A stretch of DNA of 124,000 bases from Wallemia ichthyophaga EXF-994 (taxonomy: Eukaryota > Fungi > Basidiomycota): NCBI RefSeq assembly GCF_000400465.1, contig NW_008806276.1, forward strand, positions 144,001 to 268,000, given 5' to 3'. Below, piece after piece: positions 105,300-121,075 of the stretch; the first letter of the stretch is position 1; every line of letters starts with the position of its first letter. The notes under the pieces are model-generated. The model made no database searches. It saw only the letters and a list, made by a program, of their open reading frames with translations, and was not told the DNA's origin. A program made the translations under genes and the position numbers.

Positions 105300-107951
105300 A
105301 TGGAGCCGCCGACATCTATAAACTCACTAGAGCTAGAGTCAAAGCCTGTGGAGGGTACAAGAGGCAGGAAGAAGGGACCACGTCGTACACAATTCTGTGA
105401 GTTGAGCTCCGTTGAGCTCCGAAATGACTCATCAGATACTGATTGATAAAACTTAGCTTGCACCGAAGTGAGTTATTGCGCACGATAAAAGGTTTATCGT
105501 TAAATGACGCCATTTCAGTGCCACAGAAGAAAACAGAAATGCGATCGCAAGTGTGTACTGATATATTTCACCCCCACTTTGACTGATTTCGATATAAGAA
105601 CGCCATGCAGCCACTGCGCCCAGCGGAAAGTGCCGTGCGTGCCTTTCCAACCAGGCCACGATAACGATGTTCATAGTCGTTTGGTTAGAATCGAAGGGCT
105701 CGTCGAGAGTTTGATGCCGCTTCTCCAAACAGATACATCAGGCAGCACCTCAGAACCACCAAGCAAGAGACGCAAGGCGATGAGCACAGCTACTTCGGGT
105801 GATGATGATGACGAGGAGAGGGACGATCTGGCCAACGTCGGTATCGGTCCCGCTGCTTCAGGCACTCTGCTCAATAACGGCAATTGGTATGGCCCATCGA
105901 GCCTGAACGTGTCTGAAATAGCGCATGATCTCGCTGACAAAGTTGGCGGAGACACCACTACAGACTTCAAGAACCCTGCTCATAGTCCAATTGCTGTTGA
106001 TGATCAACTCAGTATCGTCATTCAGGAGTTCGGGATGAGCCCGTCTAAAGTCGACACGCTTGTGGACGAACTTCCGCCGAAACAGTTTGCAGATAAACTC
106101 GTTGACTCTTTCTTCGCGCACATTAACTGGACAAGGTATCCGATACATGAACAGAGCTTTAGAAACGCTTATGAGTCCACATACAAGAAGCGCAGGAGTT
106201 TGGAGGCTAAGGATTTCAAGAACCTTCCTCTCGTGTTTATCGTTCTCGCAACCACGCTTAGATTCGCTCCGAATGAAGAGATTGCAGTTGAGGCTGGCAG
106301 CGGTTTATCTGAAGCGGAGAGACGTAGCTGGGCGCTTAGATTGTATTGGAGCAGTAAGCCCAACTATTACTGCGCACACAACAAAACACCAGCTAACACC
106401 TTCTCAGCTCGCAGATGTTCACTTCTTGTGTCCGCAGTGCAGGGAGATTGCACAGAGATGGTCATCTCGAGGCTTCTGAGCACCCGTCTGCTCATCAACG
106501 AGAGAAGACTGACAGAATCATGGTCGCAGCTCGGAAGCGCGATTAGAACTGCTCAGAGTCTAGGCATGCACAGAGACGGAAGCAAGCTCGGGCTGAGCTG
106601 TTACGAGACAGAGTATCGCAGGAGGATTTGGAGCTATCTTCAGCATGCAGACAATACCTTAGCTCTGATATTGGGCAGGCCTCCATCGATTATCCCGGCA
106701 TACTGCGACACTCTCCCGCCATCTAACATTGATGACAACGATTTTCAGAGCACATCAGTGGATACAAGCCCACCGCTACCAAAACCACTCAATATACCTA
106801 CGCTGATGACGGCTCATGTGCTGCGCCACTCGTTCGTGCAGATAGTAGCTCGGTGCAACGAGCACTTTTCGAACCTGCGCGCACCGTCGAGCTACTCAAA
106901 TGTGTTAAGACTAGATGCAGAGATAGGCGAATTTATCGCAAGATTGCCGCCTGTGTTTAGATTTGAGGATCCAGACACATCGGTGGATAGCCAAATGCCA
107001 TGGTTGCCGACACATCGCTTCCTGCTCGCAGTGGAATGCTACTTTACTAAGATAAGTCTGCATAGACCATGGGTGCTTCGCAAACTTAACAGCACGAGGT
107101 ATGCACCATCAAGGAGGGCTTGCTTCGAGTCGGCGAAACTCGACTTTTTTGCTAGAGAGAGATTCAGGAAGGAGACAAATAAGTCGCTCGGTAGATTCGG
107201 TGGTGGACAGTATAGAATATTTAACTCCACACTCATCTCAGCGATAGCATTGATTTTGGAGCCGTTCGGGAAGGACTCCGCACAGCACAAACACATACTC
107301 GACTCGTTCCTTGCTGAGAGGCAAGACAAGACGGTGACGCTACCATGGGATGAGGCTATGGTTAATGAGATGCGCATCATACAGCTGTTCAGAAACAAGG
107401 CACAGGAGCTGCGTCAGTCGAGAGCGGCGGCGACTAGCAGTAGTGGGAGAGGCGCAAAGGGAAGGGTGAATGGGGAAGAAGTAGATGGATTCGATGACAC
107501 TACAGCAGATAAGGACCCATCACTGAGGTTCGCGCAGCCAAACGCTAATTCGAATGCCAATCTATTGATGGGTATGTCCAATTCGTCATTCGCCGAAGCG
107601 AGCGCACCGAGCTACCAGAGTGTGGTTTCAGGAAGTGACAATGTAGATGCGCAATGGCAATGGAATAGTGGTGGGGGAGGTGCTGGTGCCGGTGCTTCCA
107701 CTTCTGCTGCTACATCAGCAAACCACCTCCAGCCACCGTCAATTGACGTAAACGGGAATAATTGGACATTGAACGACGCACCGGCGGATACTATTGCTAT
107801 GCTGCTCGGATTAGGTGTGCCTGACATGATGCCCTTAAGTGGATCACTTGATAACTCGGTAAGCGGTGTACCGACGAGCTCTGCACAGCCGGCGCCGGAC
107901 GAGTCAGCAGACTATTGGCACAAGCTAATATCATCGCTGAATGAAAACTGA
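105300..107951 (+). CDS. Zn(II)2Cys6 transcription factor with fungal-specific TF domain
   Basis: CTECHRRKQKCDR.TPCSHC assembled across micro-exons; GMHRDG...RRRIW. Confidence 0.88.
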
Positions 107952-108534
107952 AAAATGAAAATATTTACTTTTAATTGCGCATAGCCCTGTGATTAGCGTG
108001 TGTATCGGGAGTATATTTAGATTTAGTGTGTGCGATTAAGTGGAGGTAATTAATAGAATGGAGGTATTTGCATAGCGTTGTGTCACATGCTTTATTACAC
108101 GCTGTCTCGTTCTAAATTTAACGGCCGACGAGACAATTTGACACGGAGCGCTCGCCGGTGACCGGCTAACGGATATCAAAAGCTGTGCAAAGTGCACGGA
108201 GAAAGGTTTTATAGAATTTCAGACAACATTCGGCGTGATTCAGATTTGTTTTGTCGCAGATGTTTGTCTCTGATGCATAATAGGGCGGCGCCAGAATTAA
108301 AGGTGAGCAAAATTTGCACAATTATGAACGGAAGCTGCGGAAATGAGGTGAAGAGAGCGGGACAATGTGTAAAGTGGCGCTCACATACCGCATCTTAGTG
108401 CATAGCCACGAATTTTTTGCAAATACCGAGCTAACCTGTGCTAAGAGTGATCTCAGCGGACGTGCGGGGAAGCTTTAAATAGCTCCGAGGCCCTTGAACT
108501 TGAACTACCAACCAATTCTTTCCTTGCAATTACA

Positions 108535-109353
108535 ATGAAGTTAAACCTCGCCATCGCTGCCTCAATCCTCGGCTTTGCTGCTGCTGCACCAGCTGAGCGC
108601 CAAACTCAAGGCGTCGTAAACAGCTGCTACAAGCCAGACTCAATGGCTATCACCTACGACGACGGTCCATACCAATGGGACTACAACGTTAACAGCCAAT
108701 TCAACGCCGTCGGCGGTAAAACTACTTACTTTGTCAACGGTAACAACTGGAGCTGTATATACTCGGAGGAGAACGTGAGCCGTCTCCGTGCCCTTCACGA
108801 GAACGGCCACCAAATCGCTTCTCACACTTGGTATGTCTTTGAAGTTTTTCAATCTATCAGACACCTCTGACAGCTTGGCAGGGGACACGTCCACCTTCCT
108901 CAACTCACCAACGAACAAATCGATCAGCAAGTTCAACTCGTTGAAGACGCTTTATGGAAGATCATTGGTGTCGTTCCAAAGTTCATCCGCCCACCATACG
109001 GTGAAGTTGATGACAGAGTTGTACAGCACCTCCAAGACAGATGGGGCTTGACTGTTGTCAACTGGTCAGAAGACTCGAGAGACGCTCTCGGTGCATCTGA
109101 CCAAGAAATCTTGGACCTCTACGACGGCTTTGCTTCCGACACAAGTCAATCACACATTGTCTTGAACCATGCCGTTCACGAACCAGCCAGCCACTTGCCA
109201 CAAGTCTACGTCCCTGAAATGCAAAACGCTGGTTACTCACTCGACACTGTTGCTCAATGCCTCTACCAAGAGCCATACAAGGTTACCGGTGGTTACTCAC
109301 AAAGAGACGCCTCATGGACTTGTGAGGGCCTTCCAGCTCCAGGTGAAGCATAA
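108535..109353 (+). CDS. Secreted CE4 polysaccharide (chitin) deacetylase
   Basis: TYDDGP, HQIASHTW, IRPPYG, HIVLNH motifs. Confidence 0.88.
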
Positions 109354-109584
109354 GATGCTTAAATCAGCTCCTTATCAATGATGGCACGACATTACAACTA
109401 ACTTCATTACACTTTTAATAGACATTTTCGACTATTCCATTCCTTAAGTAAATGGATTACCTTTGGACTTCTTTTATATTTTACACCTCTATCTTTCTAA
109501 TTGAACACATCAAGACACTCATTGATAACATCAGTCTTTGAAAAACGAACATTGTCAATCAATCGAATAATGCATAGTATCACA

Positions 109585-110865
109585 CTAGTTTGGTTGTTTG
109601 AATTTGGTATGTGTGAGTGTACGTGCTCGTGTACTTGTTATGAGTGTTGCAAGTATGTAAGCATTGCTGGCAAACCAAAACAAACTTGCTATCCACAGAG
109701 GTATAAACAGAGGCTGGCCGAGGAACTCCAACCTATATGCGATAGAAAGCCACACAGCCTGTGAAGTAAGCCACAATATCGGCAAAACCACTTTTTGCTT
109801 CGTGCAGAGATTCAACGATGGCAGAACGACAGGCAAGAGCCAAATGTACCAGAGGAAGTACTATTGGGATGAGTTTTGTGAGTGTGCGTTCATGCGTTAC
109901 TTACCTGCGATGTACAAACCCTGTTGAAAGTGACAAACGCGTACGTCTGCAAAAACCAAGCGAGTGGGAGATCCACTCCGCCGTACACAACACCTAATCC
110001 AAGTGATAGGATGAGTTGCGGTACGAGTGAGAGGACTGGATTGGAGAAGAGTGAGACCGTGTCTGGTTGAACGTCGTAATTGAGGTAGGTGGGGTAGAAG
110101 TAGGGCGTGAAGTTGTGTCGGTGGTCCTTCCTCCCCACGTGGTAGAGGTAGGTCGATTCCACAAACTGCATGCCGTATCTAGAGGGAGTCTGAGAGTGAA
110201 ACCTTGTGTGATCACCCAAACTAAACCTACATCCTGTACATGGCCACATTCACAGCTGCAAAGACGCCCAAACTGATAGCCGAGAAAGAGGCCATCCGCG
110301 TAAACGACCTCGTCTTAGACCACATGTGAGCGAGTATCGAAGGTGCGTATATGAAAGGGTATATCTTATAATGAACGCTGAGTGCCATGAATACTGCGCT
110401 GAGCGTGTACTGCTCATGCAGGAGCAAATCGAGTGTGGACATGACAAGTACGCCTATGAGGGATTCCGGGGAGCCTCTGGTGGAAATAGAAATAACGACT
110501 GGGTTTAGTGTCCACAAGAGGTGAGATACATAGCCTCCTCTGCGACCGACGCGCAGTTTCCGCTGAATCCTATCCACACTCACACCAATTGCCAGATCTG
110601 CCAACGAGAAGAGAATTTTACCGAAATTCTCGTCGAGTGTTATATTCGGAAGGAGCATCCACGATAGCAGCGGCGTGTATCTGTACGTCCTCCGCTCGTA
110701 TGGTGACTGCCCACCGTGGACTAACTCAGCAGCTTCGCTCACTACGCGATAATCAACATCTGTGTATGTAGGACCACCGTTTGTGCGCGCTATACCATCG
110801 TAATAGCTCGAATATGCAATCAAAACAGCTCTAATGGCGAGTCCAGTAAGCAGGATCCAAGTCAT
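109585..110865 (-). CDS. GPI14: GPI mannosyltransferase I (PIG-M)
   Basis: YTDVDY, YRYTPLL, ISTRGS, VHYKIYP, FNRVCTSQYF. Confidence 0.9.
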
Positions 110866-110908
110866 GATGAAATTAAGTCAACTTGATTAAATTAGTTAAA
110901 TCGATAAA

Positions 110909-112542
<1,634 letters not shown>

Positions 112543-112614
112543 CAGAAGGTGGTGGTGATGCAACAAGACAGGAGACATGTAAAATGTTGTAATTGCTTAC
112601 AAATTTGGATACCA

Positions 112615-113341
112615 CTACAATCTGCTTACAAAGTCTCTATTTTCCATCCAATCCAGGCTGTTATTCGAGAGGTGGTTGTCGAGATCATTCAAGTAATCAA
112701 CTAGTGTCTTGATTTTGGCTGTGTCGACGTTGGCGACGGGGAGAGTAACCTTGGAGAGCGACTGGGAATTAGTTGCTTTGAATGAATGTAGGGTGTAGCC
112801 TTTCCATTGCTTGTCCTCAGTGCTTCCACCGACAGCTACACCGACTACGTGCTTGCTATTACCAGCATTCATCTTAATTCTGTTTAGTATTTGTATTCCA
112901 GTTGAGCTCAGCGTTGGATTCTGTTCCAAAATCTCGGACGCCTCGTACATGCCCACCAAATCCATACCTTTGGAGCGTGCGTGGGTGTGTATCTGTGAAT
113001 TTGTAAGTGGACTGCCTATATTGCCTGTACTACAAGTACCATTTCCAGTCCCATTTCCATCACCACTGAGAGCGTGTTCCAGAGGTGCTGCACCGGTACA
113101 GCGTCTTGTGGGAGTGTTAATAGACCTTCAGCACTGCTACGCAAACGATAACACACCAATAATCTCCACCTCATTCGCCTCTATCCTTCCTATCAAAACC
113201 CCATTAATAGCGGCTTCTGGGTATTTGGCTGCCAGTGGTTGTACGTGAGTTCTGTACACTGTTAATACGCCTAAACACACCAGCATGCGCAATAATCTTT
113301 GAATGTACGCGAGTGTTTATGCTGCTCATGCTCATGCTCAT
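112615..113341 (-). CDS. ER membrane complex subunit EMC8/9 (UPF0172)
   Basis: KIIAHA.KYP..AINGVLIG, CVSAIPLLH, DLDNHL...DWMEN. Confidence 0.75.
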
Positions 113342-113385
113342 GCTGAAAGTAAAGGAAATCAATATTCAAGCCATTTAAAGTAATT

Positions 113386-114090
113386 TTAGTAATGTAATCT
113401 GTGCGTGAAGCATTGGTAGCCATTTGGATTGTTGATCAGGTACTTCTGGTGATAATCCTCTGCCTTCCACCACTTGAATTTGTTTACTGGGTTGATTTGC
113501 GTGGCGATTGTGGAGCCATTTGGTGTAAAGTGAGCTTGCTGGACTTGCTCTCTAACTGAATCAGCGACATTCTTCTGCTCCTCGGAAGTTGGGAAGAGTG
113601 CCGTGCGATACTGTGTACCGACGTCAGCGCCTTGGCGATCAACTTGAGTTGGATCGTGAGTGCGGAAGAAGAAATCGAGGAGCTCCTCGTAGCTCGCATT
113701 GCGCTTGTCCCAAGTCAACGACAAGGCTTCTGCGTGTCCAGTTGTACCCGTACAAACAAGTCTGTAAGAAGGATCGTTGCCTGCTCTGTGATTAGAGAAT
113801 ATGGAGTGTGCGTATAGCTAACCCACCAACGCCTGCATCGTCACCGCCAATAAATCCAACCTCTGCGCTTATTATGGAATCCTTGAAATATTTCCTAAAA
113901 AGCTCCTCCGTGCTGTAGCTGGTGTCAGTACCACCGGTAGATGACCGATAAGAGGAAATTACCCCCAAAAGCAGCCATTTGCGAATATCGAAGTTTCTGG
114001 TTGCGGATCTGGGAGCTGTTTGATCTTGTTCTCCCTCATTTCTGCAGCATCTCTAGCAAGCTTGATTGTTGGCTGTATCTTTGTGACCAT
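113386..114090 (-). CDS. MXR1: Peptide methionine sulfoxide reductase MsrA
   Basis: FANGCFWG, HDPTQVDRQGADVGTQYR, AEDYHQKYL. Confidence 0.92.
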
Positions 114091-114212
114091 TGTGTGGCTG
114101 TGGCTGTTGTGTGGATTAGGTACAGCACCACGGAAACAACAAATCTCCCACTTCTTCCCGAGTGATTTGAATAAGTTAAGAATATTGATGATGGTTGTTT
114201 GTAACGGTCAAG

Positions 114213-114636
114213 ATGCAGACACAGAATGTTCGCCGTAAAACACAAATGAAGGGTCAATTTACCAAAGAGTGTGAGTGGTGTGGTGTTAGAATGTAAATAT
114301 CCCCCTAACGCGCCTTATGCCTAAGTACGCCCACTAATGTACTCATTCGGCGACGACGTCAATCCAGATCCAGAAGCAACAAACGTGTTGGAGGAGATAT
114401 TGATTGACTTTATAATGGAAATATGCTACAAATCGCAAAAGGCGAGTGGAAATCGCGGTAAAATAAAGATCGAAGACATCAAGTTCGTACTGCGTAACGA
114501 CACCAAGAAGCTGAATAGAGTTGAGGAGTTGCTGTACATGCAAGAGGATATAAAGAGGGCAAGAGCTGCTTTCAATGAAGGTGACATCATCCAAGATGCT
114601 GTAAAGGCTAATGGCAACAAGAAGCCTGCTACTTGA
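114213..114636 (+). CDS. TAF13: TFIID subunit 13
   Basis: MYSFGDD...LEEILIDFI...DIKFVLR.D.KKL.RVEELL. Confidence 0.9.
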
Positions 114637-114864
114637 TGGATTTCTGATTGAATATTTGAATTACCTCAGCTGCCTTCCCTGTCCACTCGCACTCGCACTC
114701 GCCGCTCGAAACGCAATTCCCGCACAACTCACCAGCCAAATAATGAAATTTGTAAAAGAAATTCTTGAAATTTTTCTCTCATCTGGAGGACTCCTTGACG
114801 CTGCGAATATTGAGCGTAAATTTGGCAGTGTCATTGATATCGCGTCGTTGTACTTGAACACCCA

Positions 114865-117749
114865 ATGGACACCTCCCTAAACATATCAAATATAAATCGA
114901 TCAACTGTGAATTTAATCTCTGAAATCATAGACTCTGTTCCACGCGGTTCTCACTCTTTTCTCTCGTTATTCAATGCTTATAATCAAGTACTCGACGCGC
115001 ACGGAATTGATCAAAACGATGAAGTGGAATTGTATGATTTGCTATTGAAATTGGGTGTCGTTAGAGGACGCGATTGGTTTGAAAGGTGGCAAGCTATTGT
115101 GAATTCTGAGTATTCCGAGTATTCTGAGTTTTCTATTCATAATAGTCATAATATCCATAATAATCGCGATACTGTGTTTTTAGACCATAGCAGCTCACCC
115201 ACTTTATCCAATTCCTCTCATTCTCACTCTTCTCACTCTCATTCCACTTCCACTGCTGCACTGGCTGCTGATGCTAGACAAACTGACAAGGAATACCCTC
115301 CAATCCAATATGAGCACTCGTCTCATCGCTCACCTCAAACACTCCATGCACGCGCAATGGCTAGTGTTCACGCTCAGACTAATCGCGTTCGTCAGTCTCA
115401 ACTAGCACAGAGACGCCAAGAACATCAGCACCACCAACGCGCTCAACTTGCTCGCAAAAGGGAGCTCGACGAAGCGAGACAGCGAGCGGATGAAAATAAA
115501 GTCCTTAGAGAAATGGAAAGCGCTGCTGATGCTTTGCATAATCAAAACATTCTAACACGCACTTTCAACGCTTGGTTTGGACTGTTTAGGTGGATTCACG
115601 AGAGTAATGTGAAAGTAGAAACGGTACAACAATCTCGCATTCTCAGTACCTTCTTTCATAAATGGCAGTATGCACTCAACAGTCATGTCTTTGCTGCCAC
115701 CCACGTTGCAGTGTCGCACGACAATACCAGAATAACAAACGATACCCTCAAACTATGGAAAATTCGTCTAAGACACAGACTTCGCCACAGAAAGGAAAAT
115801 AGATTGCGCACGACATACGTAACTATACGTAAGGGTATTGCGAAGAGATTGATGGAAAAGGCTTGGCAGCTATGGCGGCAAGCAACCGATACGAGGAGGG
115901 CAGATATGAGGTATTCGTATGCGACAATGAGCGCGCATTTCAAGCAATGGAAGCAACGCACCATACAAGTACTCGAGAAGGACAGTCTTGTTGTTGAATT
116001 GGCTACTATTGCGAACGAGAGACGAGCAGCGAGGTTTTTGAATCGCTGGAAACAACGTTGCATTCTCCAAACCCGAGAAAGACAATATGAGGAGAGATGG
116101 CGGGGAGATGCGACGCGCACATACTTTGATGCGTGGAAATACAGAACTGATACCAATAAAGCAGCCGCAGCATGGCGAGATGCATCTGCAGTGCGCACTG
116201 CTTTCTACGCCTGGCAGCGGAAATTGTACACGGTACAGAAATTCACTGCTCTGGCTGATACCTTCTCGCAAGATAGACACGAAGCAATCAGGAGACAGAC
116301 TATACACCAGTGGCAACTCTCGCTCAAGTGCTTCACTTTCCACCTCTCACATATGCACACGCTCGGCCAGCTCGTCCTGCAGTACTGGTACAGCAAAATG
116401 CAAGATGTTCAGGAAAGAGAATTGGTGGCTGAAGAGTACCATTTCGTGCACATCCGGGAGTTGGGTGTAGGTCTGTTCGACAGGTGGAAGTCAAGATGGG
116501 GTGAGGTGCGCGTTAGGAATGGGCTGGCTGTCGAATTCAGGCAAGTGAACAGCCAGCATGTTGCATTGAAAAAGTGGATGCGTAACTACCAGCATAAACG
116601 GATGATGAACAGACGTGGATATGTGCTGCGACGGATGATCCAGAAGAAAAATGCTTTCTATGGATGGAGAATGGCTCTCAGTCGGAAGAGACAGGAAGAG
116701 TGGATAGGCAGACGCGAGCTGACTGTCAAGAAAGACAGCTGGAATGGTGGGTGGTGTGTTGCACCGAAAAACACTCCTGACACATCTACCCAGTGTGGAG
116801 AAACAGATTTGGCGTTCTATGTGACCTCAGAGCTCGAGAAGACCTTTTCAAAGCTGAGCGCACGCACAAGACACTCACATCGGCTGTGCTCCAGAAGTGG
116901 CTTCAGAGGACTATTGACAGCCGCGACGTGATGTATTCTGCCGACATGCTGCACGAGCGGAAGAGAAAGAAGTGGGTGTACTTCCTCTAGCTTTTTAGAA
117001 TTGGTGAGGAGATTCTGTGTGCATTCTAACACAAACCCAGGTCTGTTATGCAGCAGTGGCGAGCCAAGAACACAGCCGTGCAGGGTCTGCACAGCGCCGG
117101 TGCGGCGTACCGGGAGGCGAAAGAAGAGAGTGAGTGGAGTGTTAGAGGGGAGCGAGGAGAGCACAGTCTAACGCAGCGCCCAACAGACACCCGTCGCGGC
117201 ATGCTGGCGAGATGGCAGCGTCGAACGCAGTTGGGAGTGGAACAGAGCAGAAAGTGTGAGCAATTCCTCTCACGACGCTTAACGCGCACGAAACGCACAG
117301 CATTCGAGGCGTGGTACGACCAGATAAAGACACTAGAACTGGAAGCGGTAGAGACGGAGATGCTGATACTGCGTCGGGAGCGGATGCTGCATGCGGGACT
117401 AGCGCGGTGGATGAGCGTTTGTGCTGCACTACCTGCTGTGCGTCATTACAATACCTCTCTCAAGACGCGCACATTGCGCTTGTGGAATGCCCAGCTGCCA
117501 TCGGCACGTAATGCTCGGCTAGCTGCTCATATCAGTCGCAGAGAGTCGCTCACCAAGTGGCTCGGCATGTGGAGAGATAACGTACAGATTAAACGCTCCA
117601 GACGCGCCATTGCACGCGCTAGGACTCTCGGGAAAAGGCCATCGGCGAGTAGACTGAAACAGGCGGCGGCGAGAGCGGAAGCGAGCGCGACACCGTCGCC
117701 TGAGCTGGGAATACGGAGGCCGTTTAGCAGAGTAAATCGAGTGTATTGA
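114865..117749 (+). CDS. SFI1: Sfi1-like centrin-binding spindle pole body protein
   Basis: Many F/L-x-x-W repeats (FHKWQ, FKQWK, LNRWK, FYAWQ). Confidence 0.8.
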
Positions 117750-118058
117750 AATAGTGAAATAAAAATTCATGTCCTTTTTCTCTGGTTTCTGAACCGAGAA
117801 GACTTTCTTCAGCTCGGCCATCACATAATTGCACAGCGCGAAAATGGCTGTGGAGTTCTGAATGTCCGGCAGAGTGACAGCGTCAATTAGAGCAGGCGCG
117901 GTATTTTAGATTGCCGCATCTGTGTCAAATGACGCATAAATTTGTTTTGTAAGATAAACTTTAAAGGATGTATGAGCCTTGTATGTGGTATAAAAACAGC
118001 CACATAGCCCCAAACACACACAAACTGCACGAATCACGCGTGTTTACCGCCTTCTTCC

Positions 118059-119279
118059 ATGTTCATAGCTTCGAGACACCTTCCACCGATAAAACCGGGT
118101 CGAATTCCCTCGATAGAGGATTTGGAGCGGGTAATTAACAGCCTCAGGGCTATATACACGTCGACAGTGGCAGGGATAAAGGTATCCAACCCGACACAAG
118201 GCGTGGATGGGTGGTCGTCGATACATGCCAACGACGATGGCGAGAATGTCTACGCATCGGACACGCGTGTGCAGTACGCGGCGGAGAACGAAGACGACAG
118301 CTTCGAGAGGAAGTGGTCGAGCAACTGGCTGACGCGATTGATAGCCCTAAGCGAGGAGTGGCTGGGTGAGGTTGAAGCGGGAGAGGGAGACGAGACGACG
118401 GAGGCTTACAGAGAGAGAGAGAGAGTCGTAGAAATGGCTGCAGCGGCTCTGGCGTGTGTTGCGGGCATGTCTGGTGAGTTGATGTATTCTTGCATATTGC
118501 AAATTGCATTTGAAAAAGCAACAAGGCTAACGCGCTTACTCTACACTCGTTAACCTACAGCCGCTGGTCCCATCGATCGCACATTCAATTTCATCGGCCG
118601 GGATGCCACACCATTCGAGATAGTGATGCACGACAACACAGTCAACGGCCACGAGGATGTCGGCGCTCAGACTTGGGGAGCCGCCGTGCACCTGTCGCGG
118701 CTGGTATGTCGCTACCCTGACCATTTCGGCGTGCGCGACGGGAGTCGTTTGCTGGAAGTAGGTGCGGGTACGGGATTGGTGGGAATTGCGTGCGCGCAAA
118801 TGGCGTCGCAGCTGGATTACAAGCGTACACAAGTCGTTCTAAGCGACTACCTAAGCGACATAATAGCGAATCTGCGCAGGAATGTCCAAGTGAATCGCAC
118901 AAGCACACCTACACACGTTACACATCTCGATTGGAATAGCAGTGATAGTGAGAGTGCGTTAGGCACGTTCGATACAATGTTCGGTGCAGATGTCTGCTAC
119001 GACCTCAGCCACGCTTACATGCTGCACAACGCAGCTGCTCAGCTGCTGTCGAAGCAGGGCACTTTCCACGTCCTCATCGCTCTCCGTAAGACACATGTAG
119101 GGATGAAGGAGAGCGTCGAGGATGCTTTCAGCGGTCGGTTCATTCAACCAGACGGGGATGCGTTGTGTATAGACAATACAGACCTCTTTGATGTGGAGAA
119201 AGGTCTCGGCAGAGCTGATGAGCTTGGTTACGCTCGTTTCGAGATAAAGTGGAAATCGCAAATTTCTACCTCAACCTGA
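118059..119279 (+). CDS. Methyltransferase-16 family protein (Efm2-like)
   Basis: DVGAQTWGAA, LLEVGAGTGLVG, LDW, FGADVCY. Confidence 0.8.
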
Positions 119280-119418
119280 AAACAACAGCTGCGGTAACGC
119301 GAGCAGCGCGATGTATGCTACTATAGACACACCATGTAGACCACCTCTTTAAATTTATGTTTGTGAAAGTTTTTACAATTTGCGCTGTTTACCGCCTTCT
119401 TTCAACACCTCCAGCTTG

Positions 119419-120608
119419 ATGTCATCGGCAGCTAGAAATCTCGCGACAAAGACGCTCCGTGGGTGTAGATAGCGTGTAGGATGCCCAGCTAACACCGCAC
119501 AGGCTTCGGGATGCTCCCGGCGGATGGAATCGGCCATGAAGTGCTTCCTGTAGGCGGAGAAGGAGAGGGAAGGAAAGAAGCGTGCTGACACAACCTTCAG
119601 CCAGCACAGAGAGTGCTTGAGGAGCTTTCATCGAGGAAAACCCTCCCTAAGCTCGAGTTCATCCCGCTCAACGCAGGATTCGAGTATTTCAGAAGAGCAG
119701 GCGTTGCACTGCCGGATGAGACGATAGAGGTAATGAAAAACGACGTCGACGGCGCTATCTTTGGCAGTGTATCGAGCCCATCGCACAAGGTAACGGGTTA
119801 CTCGTCACCAATCGTCGCATTGCGCAAGCACCTCGACTTGTACGCCAACATCAGACCAGTGTCGACCGTGGATGGGAAAGTAGACATGGTGACAGTGAGA
119901 GAGAACACGGAGTGTCTTTATATCAAGAAAGAGGAGCTGGACACGCTGGGTGACGGGTCAAAGGTGGCTAGAGCTACCCGCCAAATAACCCAGAATGCGT
120001 CTGAAAGGATCGGGAAGCTTGCTTTCGAGATAGCGTTGAAGAGGGACAAGGTCAGACAGTCACAGTCGCAGTGTAGCTCACCTCACACAGAGCCAAGCGT
120101 CTGGTCGATACACAAATCCAACGTATTGAGCGTTACGGATGGATTGTTCAGGGAGTCGATCAAGGCGGCCCACAAGTCTGATGAGAGGTTTAGCAAGGTG
120201 AAGCTGGTTGAGCAGCTGGTCGATTCATTCGTTTATAGAATGTTCAGGGAGCCACAGCTGTTCGATGTCTGTGTTGCGCCTAATCTCTACGGAGACATTA
120301 TATCAGATGGGGCAGCAGCACTGGTTGGGAGTCTCGGAGTCGTGCCATCGATAAACGCGAATGATACGTTTGCAATGGCAGAACCCGTGCACGGATCAGC
120401 ACCGGACATTGCAGGGAAGAATATCGCGAACCCAATAGCATCGATTAGATCAGCAGCGCTTATGATCGAGCATATGGGGTACTCGGAGGCAGCAGCAGGG
120501 ATTTACAGAGCAGTGGATGAGGTTTTGAAGGGGGACAAGGTGACACCGGATCTGGGTGGCAAGGCAACGACGACGGATGTGGAAGAGGCGGTGCTTAGAG
120601 CGTTGTAA
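119419..120608 (+). CDS. LYS12: Homoisocitrate dehydrogenase
   Basis: ADGIGHEV, YSSPIVALRK, VAPNLYGDIISD, EPVHGSAPDI. Confidence 0.92.
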
Positions 120609-121075
120609 GGGAATAAATGTGTTTATCGGGCTCAACCGAGGAAAGAAATAGCGCAAAAGTGGAGGAGAAGCGAGGCAAAGACAAAGTCAGCGAATGATCT
120701 TGAGAGGGAGTTAAATGGTTAAATGGAACAACGCGTAACCCACCTCTCTGGGGATATTTGAGTGAAATGATGTGCGTTGGATGGATTTGATTGGATTCTG
120801 AGGTTCACGGTGAGGATGAACTGTCCAACCTTTGAAATGAAGCTGAGTGATTGTGAGGTGCTTTCGCCGTATAAAATCCCAACTCACCTTCCCAAGAAGG
120901 CGTTGTACGGTGTGTTATCGATACACAGCGCATAGACGAATTCCAAGACAGCGGAAAGGCATAACACGAGTAAGAAGGAATCCAATAGCTTGTATTGGCT
121001 CGGCGTTTTGTTGTTGTAGCTGTGCAGTAAATTACCAATTATACTCGTCATGGCGGTTCCTCACCAACACCCAAC

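Noticed and set aside
108153-108167. GCCGGTGACCGGC palindrome upstream of the chitin deacetylase
   Set aside because: A single short palindrome; plausible Zn-cluster site but indistinguishable from chance.
113960-114000. Possible selenocysteine in the MsrA active site
   Set aside because: The codon is TGC (GCFWG), not TGA.
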